Source: a virus (lineage: Duplodnaviria > Heunggongvirae > Uroviricota > Caudoviricetes). Taken from it: DNA of 39,503 nucleotides. Each line of letters starts with the position of its first letter. The stretch's first letter is position 1. Shown in pieces: positions 27,140-36,410 of the stretch. The stretch lies in IMG/VR virus record IMGVR_UViG_2718218309_000001. The stretch is one strand, 5' to 3'. The position numbers were made by a program, and so were the translations under genes. Under the pieces are notes generated by a model. The model had not been told where the DNA came from. It made no database searches and was given only the letters and a program-made list of their open reading frames with translations.

Positions 27140-28638
27140 GCACAAAATTTTATACCCTGCTGACGGATATTGGCGCGGCGAAACTTGCCAGCGCCGCCGC
27201 GCTCGGTGTGCCGCTAAAAATTACCCATATGGCGGTGGGCGATGGCGGTGGAGTATTGCCAACGCCGGACGCAAAGCAGACGGCACTGGTAAATGAGAAA
27301 CGCCGGGCTGCGCTGAATATGCTTTATATCGACCCGCAGAACAGCAGCCAGATTATTGCCGAACAGGTGATCCCTGAAAACGAGGGCGGTTGGTGGATAC
27401 GTGAAGTGGGCTTGTTTGATGAGTCCGGGGCATTGATTGCCGTGGGCAACTGCCCGGAAAGCTATAAGCCGCAACTGGCTGAAGGTAGCGGGCGCACTCA
27501 GACCGTGCGCATGGTGCTGATTACCAGCAGCACGGACAATATCACCCTGAAAATCGACCCTGCTGTAGTGCTGGCAACCCGCAAGTATGTGGATGACAAG
27601 GCACTGGAGCTGAAGGTTTACGCGGATGATCAGATGGCAAAACATCTTGCCGCACCGGACCCGCATTCACAGTACGCGCCAAAAGCCAGCCCGACATTTA
27701 CCGGAACCCCCAAAGCGCCAACGCCAGCGGCGGGGAATAATACCACGCAGGTTGCGACCACTGCGTTTGTACAGGCGGCACTGACGGCCCTTATTAATGG
27801 TGCGCCAGCCACGCTGGACACGCTGAAAGAAATAGCCGCAGCCATTAACAATGATCCGAATTTCAGTACCACCATTAACAATGCGCTGGCACTAAAAGCA
27901 CCGTTGTCGAGTCCGGCACTCACCGGAACGCCAACAGCCCCCACGGCGGCGCAGTCGGTCAACAATACACAGATTGCCACTACGGCTTTTGTGAAATCGG
28001 CGATTGCAGGAATGGTGGGTTCTGCACCTGCTGCACTGGATACACTGAACGAACTGGCGGCGGCACTGGGGAATGATCCGAACTTTGCCACGACAATGCT
28101 TAATGCGCTGGCAGGTAAACAACCGCTGGACAATACGCTTACCAATTTGAGTGGAAAGGATGTAGCTGGTCTTCTCACATACCTTGGAATAGGAGAAACG
28201 GGAAAATACGACATTCTGCCAGCATCAAGAGGAGGCACTGGAGCGTCAACTATAGCCGGAGCATTGATAAACTTTGGTCTGAGTGATTTAGTGACTGCCG
28301 GATTAGTACAGGTGGAATCTGGTACAGACTTTATTACTGCTAAGATTCCATTTCTGTCAGGTGGTAGCAAGCGATTCCTGATGATACATGCCATCAAGGC
28401 GACAATGCCTGCAAATAATAACGGGTATAACCTTACTGTTACATTCCCGACTGCCTATGATAATGCACCGATACCAATTCTTGGCTCGACCGTAGGGTCG
28501 ACTTCAACAACGGGTGGTACCACAGAGTCAATGAATATTTCATCAGTCACAAAATCGGGTTGCATCATTTCTTCAGCATGGCAAACATGGTCTGAGGGAC
28601 CGGTATATCTTTTAACGATTGGAGGAGTTGCAGCATGA
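27136..28638 (+). CDS. H: Tail fibre protein (P2 gpH); C-terminal part lies inside an invertible segment
   Basis: 500-aa protein with conserved N-terminal MSTKFYTLLTDIGAAKLA; two tandem internal repeats of about 74 aa; AT-richer variable C-terminus after the crossover site at about 28184-28206. Confidence 0.9.
   Translation: MSTKFYTLLTDIGAAKLASAAALGVPLKITHMAVGDGGGVLPTPDAKQTALVNEKRRAALNMLYIDPQNSSQIIAEQVIPENEGGWWIREVGLFDESGALIAVGNCPESYKPQLAEGSGRTQTVRMVLITSSTDNITLKIDPAVVLATRKYVDDKALELKVYADDQMAKHLAAPDPHSQYAPKASPTFTGTPKAPTPAAGNNTTQVATTAFVQAALTALINGAPATLDTLKEIAAAINNDPNFSTTINNALALKAPLSSPALTGTPTAPTAAQSVNNTQIATTAFVKSAIAGMVGSAPAALDTLNELAAALGNDPNFATTMLNALAGKQPLDNTLTNLSGKDVAGLLTYLGIGETGKYDILPASRGGTGASTIAGALINFGLSDLVTAGLVQVESGTDFITAKIPFLSGGSKRFLMIHAIKATMPANNNGYNLTVTFPTAYDNAPIPILGSTVGSTSTTGGTTESMNISSVTKSGCIISSAWQTWSEGPVYLLTIGGVAA
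27685..28128 (+). repeat. Tandem in-frame duplication (2 x about 222 bp) within tail fibre gene H
   Basis: Peptide repeats (P..TGTP.APT.A...NNTQ.ATTAFV...G.APA.LDTL.E.AAA..NDPNF.TT..NALA.K.PL) at aa 184-257 and 258-331. Confidence 0.6.
28184..28206. repeat. Left crossover site of the tail-fibre invertible segment (inverted repeat partner of 29871-29893)
   Basis: TTGGAATAGGAGAAACGGGAAAA versus TTGGTTTGGGAGAAGCGGCAAAA on the opposite strand (18/23 identical); both encode a G.GE.GK-like junction inside tail fibre reading frames. Confidence 0.55.
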
Positions 28639-29021
28639 AATATTATTCACCTTCAATTAATGGATTTCCCGAACAAAAGACTGATGACAGTATTGAGATC
28701 AGTGAAGAGGTCTGGAGAATACTTCTTAGTGAAATTTACTCAGGCCGGGAGTTATTTAACGATGGCGGCGTACCCGCTACCCGTGTGCCGCAACCTACGC
28801 AAGAACAAGTAATTGCAGCCGCAGAAAATGAGCGCCAACGATTGCTGAATTATGCTGATACCGTAATGCTCGACTGGCGTACAGAATTGATGCTGGGTGA
28901 AATCAGCGACGCCAACAGGGCTAAATTGTCGGCGTGGCTGGCTTATAAAAATCAAGTTAAGTCGGTTGATGTGACAACTGACCCTGAGCATGTTAACTGG
29001 CCTGTTCCCCCGGAGGCGTAG
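28635..29021 (+). CDS. G: Tail fibre assembly protein (P2 gpG-like)
   Basis: 128-aa protein after H; conserved Tfa C-terminal motif (...NWPVPPEA). Confidence 0.8.
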   Translation: MKYYSPSINGFPEQKTDDSIEISEEVWRILLSEIYSGRELFNDGGVPATRVPQPTQEQVIAAAENERQRLLNYADTVMLDWRTELMLGEISDANRAKLSAWLAYKNQVKSVDVTTDPEHVNWPVPPEA

Positions 29022-29436
29022 GCCATTCAATATCTGGCGCACTGGAGGTATCAACCAGTTCCAGTGCGTCCAGATAATCCAGCCATAAATTATATTGTTC
29101 CAGCTCGTCACCTTTCAGACGACCAATAGCAGCTTTGCCAGGCCACTGATGGGTATTGATGTAGGTATTGACTTCTGAAACCAAAGATATTTTTTTCATT
29201 TCAGCCGTCAACACCTCATCCTCTTTTGAAGGGGGTGGGGAATTAATCCATACTGGCCGTCCTGAACTGTCAGCGCCAATTTCTTTCCCTTCTGGATGCA
29301 GCCCAAGAAATTGCTCATATGTTTCTCGGTTAATTTCAATAACATCATCTGGAAGCGTTCCCGCATCCTCATATTCTGGAAACAATTCTTGTAGATAAAA
29401 ACTTTTACTTCCGGGTGAAAAGAATACTGAGTTCAT
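28993..29436 (-). CDS. Alternative tail fibre assembly protein (tfa') in inverted orientation
   Basis: 147-aa protein with the same C-terminal motif family (...EWPTPPGEQAS); convergent with G, 3' ends overlap. Confidence 0.75.
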   Translation of the reverse strand: MNSVFFSPGSKSFYLQELFPEYEDAGTLPDDVIEINRETYEQFLGLHPEGKEIGADSSGRPVWINSPPPSKEDEVLTAEMKKISLVSEVNTYINTHQWPGKAAIGRLKGDELEQYNLWLDYLDALELVDTSSAPDIEWPTPPGEQAS

Positions 29437-29438
29437 TA

Positions 29439-29933
29439 TTACCGTCCAATGATTAACGCTGAGACGCTGGTATCTGAAGGAAAGGCTGCATTCAGTGGTT
29501 TGTCGACTTTGAATACAATCGTATTATTCCCCCGGACAGCGGCAAAAGAACAAACCGCCGTCGCGTATGAACCTGTAATATTACTGGATACACCACCATA
29601 GGTTGTTGTTGATACCAGAGGGATAACGCCCAGCACCTTATTAGGAAATACAAAGGGCAATGTGGCTGTGGCAATATAAGACTTATTAGAACCTGTGATG
29701 GCATAAGCATTATCAGTCATTCCATTCATCGCCACTGGGCCGCTTATACTTACAGTAACCATCTGAATGATTAGCCCGTCAGGTTGACGAATCACAAAAT
29801 TTCCATTGCCACCAGTAACCGTCCAGAAAGACATATCAGGGATTTGGTTTTCCCCGTTGCCCACATTCCGTTTTGCCGCTTCTCCCAAACCAACGTTTAA
29901 GAAAATGCAGAGGTAACAGCTAACTGGCATCAT
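29439..29933 (-). CDS. Alternative tail fibre C-terminal segment (H'), expressed as a fusion to the H N-terminus after inversion
   Basis: Frame stays open upstream of the listed Met through the right crossover site (…LGEAAKRNV…); Gly/Thr/Ser-rich beta-type composition typical of fibre tips. Confidence 0.7.
   Translation of the reverse strand: MMPVSCYLCIFLNVGLGEAAKRNVGNGENQIPDMSFWTVTGGNGNFVIRQPDGLIIQMVTVSISGPVAMNGMTDNAYAITGSNKSYIATATLPFVFPNKVLGVIPLVSTTTYGGVSSNITGSYATAVCSFAAVRGNNTIVFKVDKPLNAAFPSDTSVSALIIGR
29871..29893. repeat. Right crossover site of the invertible segment (inverted copy of 28184-28206)
   Basis: See left site; about 1.7 kb apart, invertase gene immediately outside. Confidence 0.55.
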
Positions 29934-29960
29934 CTCCGGTTTTTATTCAGGGGGATGATC

Positions 29961-30527
29961 ATGCTTATTGGCTATGTACGCGTGTCAACAAATGACCAGA
30001 ACACCGATTTGCAACGTAATGCACTGAACTGCGCGGGATGTGAGCAGATTTTTGAGGACAAAATCAGTGGCACTAAGTCCGACAGACCGGGGCTGAAAAA
30101 ACTACTCAGGACACTATCGGCAGGAGACACGCTGGTTGTCTGGAAGCTGGACAGGTTGGGGCGCAGTATGCGGCATCTTGTTACGCTGATAGAAGAGTTG
30201 CGCCAGCGTGGTGTGAATTTCAGAAGCCTGACTGACAGTATTGATACCAGTACCCCAATGGGCCGTTTCTTTTTTCATGTCATGGGTGCCCTGGCTGAAA
30301 TGGAACGCGAACTGATAGTTGAACGTACCAGGGCAGGGCTGGCTGCAGCTCGTGCCAAAGGCAGAGTAGGTGGACGCCGTCCTAAGTTGACCACCGAACA
30401 GTGGGCACAGATTGGGCGTTTACTCGAGGCCGGAGAATCAAGACAGCGTATTGCACTGATTTTTGATGTAGGCGTTTCTACCATTTATAGAAAATTTCCG
30501 GCAAATAAGATCAATGAATCCCCCTGA
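29961..30527 (+). CDS. Serine-recombinase DNA invertase (Hin/Gin/Pin/Cin family)
   Basis: MLIGYVRVSTNDQNTDLQ (catalytic Ser motif), ...DTLVVWKLDRLGRS..., C-terminal HTH (GVSTIYRKF); about 188 aa; adjacent to the inverted repeats. Confidence 0.9.
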   Translation: MLIGYVRVSTNDQNTDLQRNALNCAGCEQIFEDKISGTKSDRPGLKKLLRTLSAGDTLVVWKLDRLGRSMRHLVTLIEELRQRGVNFRSLTDSIDTSTPMGRFFFHVMGALAEMERELIVERTRAGLAAARAKGRVGGRRPKLTTEQWAQIGRLLEAGESRQRIALIFDVGVSTIYRKFPANKINESP

Positions 30528-30575
30528 ATCAGCATTATGTTGATTATCCCTGCAAGCAGACAAATACCGTTGTTT

Positions 30576-30593
30576 TGTGTGAATAACGACACA
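30576..30593. promoter_or_regulatory. Ogr-type late promoter element TGT-N12-ACA (PF)
   Basis: TGTGTGAATAACGACACA centred about 55 bp upstream of the expected FI transcription start. Confidence 0.5.
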
Positions 30594-30669
30594 ACTGCGC
30601 TTAGCTGTTTGTCAGGCACAATCACTTCAACATAGGGCGAAGCCTAATCCAATCAGGAGGTTCGCCACT

Positions 30670-31842
30670 ATGGCTCAGGATTACCACCACGGGGTGCGCG
30701 TTGTTGAAGTCAACGAAGGCACCCGATCTATTACCACGGTGAGCACCGCCATCGTGGGTATGGTCTGCACGGGCGATGATGCCGATGCAAAAATGTTTCC
30801 TCTTAATAAACCCGTGCTGATCACTGATGTGCTGACTGCCAGCGGTAAAGCGGGTGAGTCAGGTACTCTGGCCCGTTCGCTGGATGCCATCGCTGACCAG
30901 GCAAAACCCGTGACCATTGTTGTGCGTGTGCCGCAGGGTGAAACGGAAGACGAAACCACGACCAATATCATCGGCGCAGTGACTGCTGAAGGTAAAAAAA
31001 CAGGTATGAAAGCCCTGTTATCTGCCCAGTCACAGCTCGGCGTTAAACCGCGCATTCTCGGCGTGCCAGGCCACGACACCAAGGCGGTAGCTACTGAGTT
31101 GCTGAGCGTGGCGCAAAGCCTGCGTGGATTTGCTTACCTGTCAGCGTATGGCTGCAAGACAGTGCAGGAGGCGATCACTTACCGCGAAAACTTCAGCCAG
31201 CGCGAAGGGATGCTGATCTGGCCTGACTTTACTGGCTGGGACACGGTGCTGAATGCCGAAGCAACGGCATATGCCACCGCCCGTGCGCTTGGTCTGCGCG
31301 CCAAAATTGACGAGCAGACCGGATGGCACAAAAGCCTGTCCAACGTGGGCGTGAACGGTGTCACCGGAATTTCTGCAGATGTGTTCTGGGATCTGCAGGA
31401 CCCGGCAACCGATGCAGGTCTGCTGAACCAGAACGACGTCACCACGCTTGTGCGTAAAGACGGTTTCCGCTTCTGGGGTTCCCGCTGCCTGAGTGATGAC
31501 CCGCTCTTTGCCTTCGAAAACTACACCCGCACGGCGCAGGTGCTGATGGACACGATGGCAGAAGCACACATGTGGGCGGTGGATAAACCGCTTAACCCGT
31601 CGCTGGCCCGCGACATTATCGAAGGTATCCGCGCCAAAATGCGCAGCCTGGTCAGTCAGGGCTATCTCATTGGTGGTGATTGCTGGCTGGATGAGTCGGT
31701 GAACGACAAAGACACGCTGAAAGCCGGAAAACTCACCATCGACTACGACTACACGCCAGTGCCGCCACTTGAAAACCTGATGCTGCGTCAGCGCATCACC
31801 GATCAGTACCTGGTGAATTTCGCCAGCCAGGTCAGCGCGTAA
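30670..31842 (+). CDS. FI: Contractile tail sheath protein (P2 gpFI)
   Basis: 390-aa protein (P2 FI about 396 aa) in the conserved position before the tube gene. Confidence 0.95.
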   Translation: MAQDYHHGVRVVEVNEGTRSITTVSTAIVGMVCTGDDADAKMFPLNKPVLITDVLTASGKAGESGTLARSLDAIADQAKPVTIVVRVPQGETEDETTTNIIGAVTAEGKKTGMKALLSAQSQLGVKPRILGVPGHDTKAVATELLSVAQSLRGFAYLSAYGCKTVQEAITYRENFSQREGMLIWPDFTGWDTVLNAEATAYATARALGLRAKIDEQTGWHKSLSNVGVNGVTGISADVFWDLQDPATDAGLLNQNDVTTLVRKDGFRFWGSRCLSDDPLFAFENYTRTAQVLMDTMAEAHMWAVDKPLNPSLARDIIEGIRAKMRSLVSQGYLIGGDCWLDESVNDKDTLKAGKLTIDYDYTPVPPLENLMLRQRITDQYLVNFASQVSA

Positions 31843-31851
31843 GGGGACAAC

Positions 31852-32367
31852 ATGGCATTACCACGCAAATTAAAACACCTGAACCTGTTTAACGACGGGA
31901 ACAACTGGCAGGGGATCGTTGAGTCGCTGACGCTGCCGAAATTTACCCGCAAATATGAGAAGTATCGCGGCGGCGGAATGCCGGGTGCGGTGGATGTGGA
32001 TCTGGGGCTTGATGACAGTGCGCTGGACACAGAATTTTCCATTGGTGGTACTGAATTGCTGCTGTTTAAACAGATGGGTAAAGCCACGGTGGATGGCATC
32101 CAGCTGCGCTTTACCGGCTCTATTCAGCGTGACGATACCGGGGAAGTGCAGGCCGTGGAGCTTGTCGTGCGTGGACGTCACAAAGAAGTGGATTCCGGCG
32201 AGTGGAAGACGGGCGAAAGCAACACCACCAAAGTGACCAGTACCAACAGCTACGCGAAGCTGACCATCAATGGTGAGGTGCTCTATGAAGTGGACCTTAT
32301 CAACATGGTGGAAATTGTGGACGGTGTGGACCTGATGGAAGCGCACCGCAACGCCCTCGGCCTCTGA
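31852..32367 (+). CDS. FII: Tail tube protein (P2 gpFII)
   Basis: 171-aa protein following FI. Confidence 0.95.
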   Translation: MALPRKLKHLNLFNDGNNWQGIVESLTLPKFTRKYEKYRGGGMPGAVDVDLGLDDSALDTEFSIGGTELLLFKQMGKATVDGIQLRFTGSIQRDDTGEVQAVELVVRGRHKEVDSGEWKTGESNTTKVTSTNSYAKLTINGEVLYEVDLINMVEIVDGVDLMEAHRNALGL

Positions 32368-32421
32368 TATATCTGAACGGCGCGGGATACCGCGCCAGAA
32401 CCCAATTGACAGGACAGCAAA

Positions 32422-32724
32422 ATGAGCGATAAGCAGACTGAAAAGACCATTCAACTGGATACCCCCATCAAGCGCGGTAAAACAGAAATCACCGAAATTG
32501 TGCTGCGTAAACCGCAGTCCGGTGCGCTGCGCGGTACACGCCTGCAGGCCATTATGGATATGGATGTAAACGCGATGATGACCGTGATCCCCCGCATCTC
32601 CAGTCCGGCACTGACTGCACAGGAAATTGCAGAGATGGACCCGGCAGATCTCACTGCCATGTCGGTTGAGGTTGTCACTTTTTTGTTGAAGAAGTCGGTG
32701 CTTGCCGGTTTACCGACAGCCTGA
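32422..32724 (+). CDS. E: Tail assembly chaperone E (P2 gpE)
   Basis: 100-aa ORF before tape measure; contains slippery heptamer TTTTTTG at 32679-32685 near its 3' end. Confidence 0.85.
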   Translation: MSDKQTEKTIQLDTPIKRGKTEITEIVLRKPQSGALRGTRLQAIMDMDVNAMMTVIPRISSPALTAQEIAEMDPADLTAMSVEVVTFLLKKSVLAGLPTA

Positions 32725-32858
32725 CGGTTGACGATCTGGTGGCAGATATCGCCACCATTTTTCACTGGCCGCCATCCGTTACTGACGTTATGCCGCTGAC
32801 CGAAGTGCTGGAATGGCGGTATAAAGCGATTCAGAGAAGCGGGGCCAACGATGAGTGA
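32422..32858 (+). CDS. E+E': E+E' fusion chaperone produced by programmed -1 ribosomal frameshift at TTTTTTG (32679-32685)
   Basis: The -1 frame is open from the slippery site to TGA 32856-32858 (codons checked by hand, no stop); it overlaps the T start at 32851, matching the P2 E/E' arrangement. Confidence 0.75.
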
Positions 32859-35800
32859 TAACAACCTGCGTCTGCAGGTCATTCTTAATGCGGTTGACAA
32901 GCTCACCCGCCCATTTCGATCTGCGCAGGCCAGTTCAAGAGAACTGGCTGCTGCTGTCAAAAAATCCCGCGATGCAATAAAGCAGCTTGATCAGGCCGGG
33001 AGCAGTCTGGACAGCTTCCGAAAGCTGCAGGCAGAAAATCAGAAATTAGGCGACAGGCTGAACTATGCCCGCCAGCGTGCAAATTTGCTCAGTCAGGAAC
33101 TGGGAGCGATGGGGCCGCCTTCGCAACGTCAGGTTGTTGCTCTGGGCCGTCAACGGCTGGCTGTTCAGCGCCTGGAAGAACGCCAGAAAAAGCTGCAGCA
33201 GCAGACGGCGCTTGTGCGTGCTGAACTGTACCGGGCGGGAATTTCTGCGAAAGACGATGCGGGAGCAACTGCCCGTTTAGCCCGTGAAACATCACGTTAT
33301 AACCAGGAACTTTCGAAACAGGAGGCGCGGCTGAAGCGACTGGGGGAAGCTCAGCGCAGGATGAATGCAGCGCGTGCCAGTTATGCCCGTTCGCTGGAGG
33401 TGCGTGATCGTATTGCAGGTGCCGGAGCCACCACCACGGCTGCAGGGCTGGCAATGGGTGCGCCAGTGATGGCGGCAGTAAAAAGCTATACCAGCATGGA
33501 AGATGCCATGAAAGGTGTGGCAAAGCAGGTCAATGGTCTGCGTGACGATAATGGCAACCGCACTGCACGTTTTTATGAAATGCAGGATGCCATCAAGGCT
33601 GCCAGCGAACAGTTGCCGATGGAAAACGGTGCGGTGGACTTCGCTGCACTGGTTGAAGGTGGTGCGCGCATGAACGTCGCAAACCCTGACGACAGCTGGG
33701 AAGATCAGAAACGTGACCTGCTGGCCTTCGCCAGTACGGCAGCAAAGGCGGCAACAGCCTTTGAGCTGCCAGCGGATGAACTGTCAGAAAGTCTGGGGAA
33801 AATCGCCCAGCTCTACAAAATCCCCACCCGCAATATTGAACAGCTCGGTGATGCGCTGAACTATCTGGATGATAACGCCATGTCGAAAGGGGCAGACATC
33901 ATTGATGTGATGCAACGTCTGGGCGGTGTGGCTGACCGTCTGGATTATCGTAAAGCGGCGGCGCTGGGTTCCACCTTCCTGACACTGGGCGCTGCGCCAG
34001 AGGTTGCAGCCAGTGCAGCAAACGCGATGGTGCGTGAATTGTCCATTGCCACCATGCAAAGCAAGAGTTTCTTTGAAGGGATGAATCTGCTGAAACTCAA
34101 TCCTGAAGTGATTGAAAAGCAGATGACGAAGGATGCGATGGGAACCATCCAGCGCGTGCTGGAGAAGGTAAACGCGCTGCCGCAGGACAAGCGCCTGTCT
34201 GCCATGACTATGTTGTTTGGTAAAGAGTTTGGCGATGACGCGGCGAAACTGGCAAACAACCTGCCGGAACTGCAGCGTCAGTTAAAACTGACAGCGGGCA
34301 ATGATGCGCTTGGCTCCATGCAGAAAGAATCCGACATTAACAAGGATTCACTTTCTGCGCAGTGGTTGCTGGTCAAAACCGGAGCGCAGAACACCTTCAG
34401 CAGCCTGGGCGAAACGCTGCGCCAGCCGCTGATGGATATTCTGTACACGGTGAAAAGCGTCACGGGGGCGTTGCGTCGCTGGGTGGAAGCTAACCCGGAA
34501 CTGACAGGCACACTGATGAAAGCATCGGCTGTTGTGGCTGCGGTTACCGTCGGCCTCGGCACCTTAGCGGTGGCGCTGGCTGCAGTGCTGGGGCCGCTGG
34601 CAGTGATCCGTCTGGGATTCTCTGTGTTGGGTATCAAAACGTTATCTTCCGTTACGGCAGCAGTAACTCGAACCAGCAGCGCGTTGTCCTGGCTGGCTGG
34701 CGCACCACTGGCACTGCTGCGACGCGGGCTTGCTTCATCGGGCAACGCCGCAGGTTTACTTACTGCGCCGTTGTCGTCTTTGCGCCGCACGGCATCACTG
34801 ACGGGAAATGTCCTGAAAACTGTAGCAGGTGCGCCGGTTGCACTTTTGCGGTCTGGATTATCCGGTTTACGTGCGGTTGCTGTGATGTTTATGAATCCAC
34901 TGGCAGCACTACGCGGCGGGCTGGCTGCCGCAGGCACGGTGCTGCGAGTACTGGCATCTGGTCCACTGGCGATGTTGCGCGTTGCCCTGTATGCCGTATC
35001 TGGTCTGTTAGGTGCTCTGCTCAGTCCGATAGGTCTTGTGGTTACTGCACTGGCGGGTGTGGCACTGGTTGTCTGGAAATACTGGCAACCCATCACCGCA
35101 TTTCTCGGTGGCGTGGTGGAAGGATTCAAAGCGGCGGCAGGTCCCATCAGTGCAGCGTTCGAACCGCTTAAGCCTGTGTTCCAGTGGATTGGTGACAAAG
35201 TGCAGGCGCTGTGGGGCTGGTTTACTGATCTGCTGACGCCCGTTAAGTCGACTTCTGCCGAACTGCAGAGCGCAGCGGCAATGGGGCGACGATTCGGGGA
35301 GGCACTGGCGGAAGGGCTGAATATGGTTATGCATCCGCTGGACTCCCTGAAATCTGGCGTTTCCTGGTTGCTGGATAAACTCGGCATTGTCAGTAAAGAG
35401 GCTGCAAAGGCGAAACTGCCGGAAAGCGTGACGCGTCAGCAACCTGCGACGGTGAATGCAGACGGTAAAGTGATGATGCCATCGGGTGGTTTTCCGTCAT
35501 GGGGATATGGCTTTGCGGGGATGTATGACAGCGGCGGCTATATCCCGCGCGGGCAGTTTGGCATCGTCGGTGAAAACGGGCCGGAAATTGTTAACGGCCC
35601 GGCAAATGTGACCAGCCGGAGAAATACAGCTGCACTGGCTGCCGTTGTTGCCGGAATGATGGGCGTTGCTGCCGCGCCTGCAGAGCTTCCACCGTTGCAC
35701 CCTTTGGCACTTCCCGCGAAAGGCGGCGAAGCGATGGTGAGTCGTGCAGCCACTGTGCCGCCCGTTCAACGGATTGAGGCACCGATGCAGATCATCATTC

Positions 35801-35928
35801 AGACGCAGCCAGGACAAAGTGCGCAGGATATTGCGCGGGAGGTGGCCCGCCAGCTTGATGAACGTGAACGCAGGCTGAAGGCAAAAGCCAGGAGTAACTA
35901 CAGCGATCAGGGGGGATACGACGCATGA
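32851..35928 (+). CDS. T: Tail tape measure protein (P2 gpT)
   Basis: 1025-aa Ala/Leu-rich protein with coiled-coil N-terminus and hydrophobic central repeats; position after E/E'. Confidence 0.9.
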   Translation: MSDNNLRLQVILNAVDKLTRPFRSAQASSRELAAAVKKSRDAIKQLDQAGSSLDSFRKLQAENQKLGDRLNYARQRANLLSQELGAMGPPSQRQVVALGRQRLAVQRLEERQKKLQQQTALVRAELYRAGISAKDDAGATARLARETSRYNQELSKQEARLKRLGEAQRRMNAARASYARSLEVRDRIAGAGATTTAAGLAMGAPVMAAVKSYTSMEDAMKGVAKQVNGLRDDNGNRTARFYEMQDAIKAASEQLPMENGAVDFAALVEGGARMNVANPDDSWEDQKRDLLAFASTAAKAATAFELPADELSESLGKIAQLYKIPTRNIEQLGDALNYLDDNAMSKGADIIDVMQRLGGVADRLDYRKAAALGSTFLTLGAAPEVAASAANAMVRELSIATMQSKSFFEGMNLLKLNPEVIEKQMTKDAMGTIQRVLEKVNALPQDKRLSAMTMLFGKEFGDDAAKLANNLPELQRQLKLTAGNDALGSMQKESDINKDSLSAQWLLVKTGAQNTFSSLGETLRQPLMDILYTVKSVTGALRRWVEANPELTGTLMKASAVVAAVTVGLGTLAVALAAVLGPLAVIRLGFSVLGIKTLSSVTAAVTRTSSALSWLAGAPLALLRRGLASSGNAAGLLTAPLSSLRRTASLTGNVLKTVAGAPVALLRSGLSGLRAVAVMFMNPLAALRGGLAAAGTVLRVLASGPLAMLRVALYAVSGLLGALLSPIGLVVTALAGVALVVWKYWQPITAFLGGVVEGFKAAAGPISAAFEPLKPVFQWIGDKVQALWGWFTDLLTPVKSTSAELQSAAAMGRRFGEALAEGLNMVMHPLDSLKSGVSWLLDKLGIVSKEAAKAKLPESVTRQQPATVNADGKVMMPSGGFPSWGYGFAGMYDSGGYIPRGQFGIVGENGPEIVNGPANVTSRRNTAALAAVVAGMMGVAAAPAELPPLHPLALPAKGGEAMVSRAATVPPVQRIEAPMQIIIQTQPGQSAQDIAREVARQLDERERRLKAKARSNYSDQGGYDA

Positions 35929-36410
35929 TGATGGTGCTGGGATTGTACGTGTTTATGCTGCGCACCGTGCCGTATCAGGAGCTGCAGTATCAACGCAGCT
36001 GGCGACATGCGGCAAACAGCCGGGTAAACCGACGTCCGTCCACGCAGTTTCTGGGACCGGACAACGACATGCTGACGCTTTCCGGTGTTCTTATGCCGGA
36101 GATAACAGGTGGCAGGCTGTCGTTGCTGGCACTGGAGCAGATGGCAGAACAGGGGAAAGCATGGCCCCTGATTGAAGGCAGCGGCACGATTTATGGCATG
36201 TATGTGATTGAGGGACTGAATCAGACTAAAACGGAGTTTTTCCGCGACGGTATGCCGCGCCGGATTGAGTTCACCCTGTCGCTCAAACGGGTGGATGAAT
36301 CCCTGTCCGATATGTTCGGTGATCTCAGTGCGCAACTGAATAATCTGCAGGAAACGGCAACGTCTGCCTTAAGCGATATCAGTAAAACGGTGGGAGGGCT
36401 GCTGTCGTGA
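35925..36410 (+). CDS. U: Tail protein U (P2 gpU)
   Basis: 161-aa protein, start overlaps T stop. Confidence 0.9.
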   Translation: MMMVLGLYVFMLRTVPYQELQYQRSWRHAANSRVNRRPSTQFLGPDNDMLTLSGVLMPEITGGRLSLLALEQMAEQGKAWPLIEGSGTIYGMYVIEGLNQTKTEFFRDGMPRRIEFTLSLKRVDESLSDMFGDLSAQLNNLQETATSALSDISKTVGGLLS

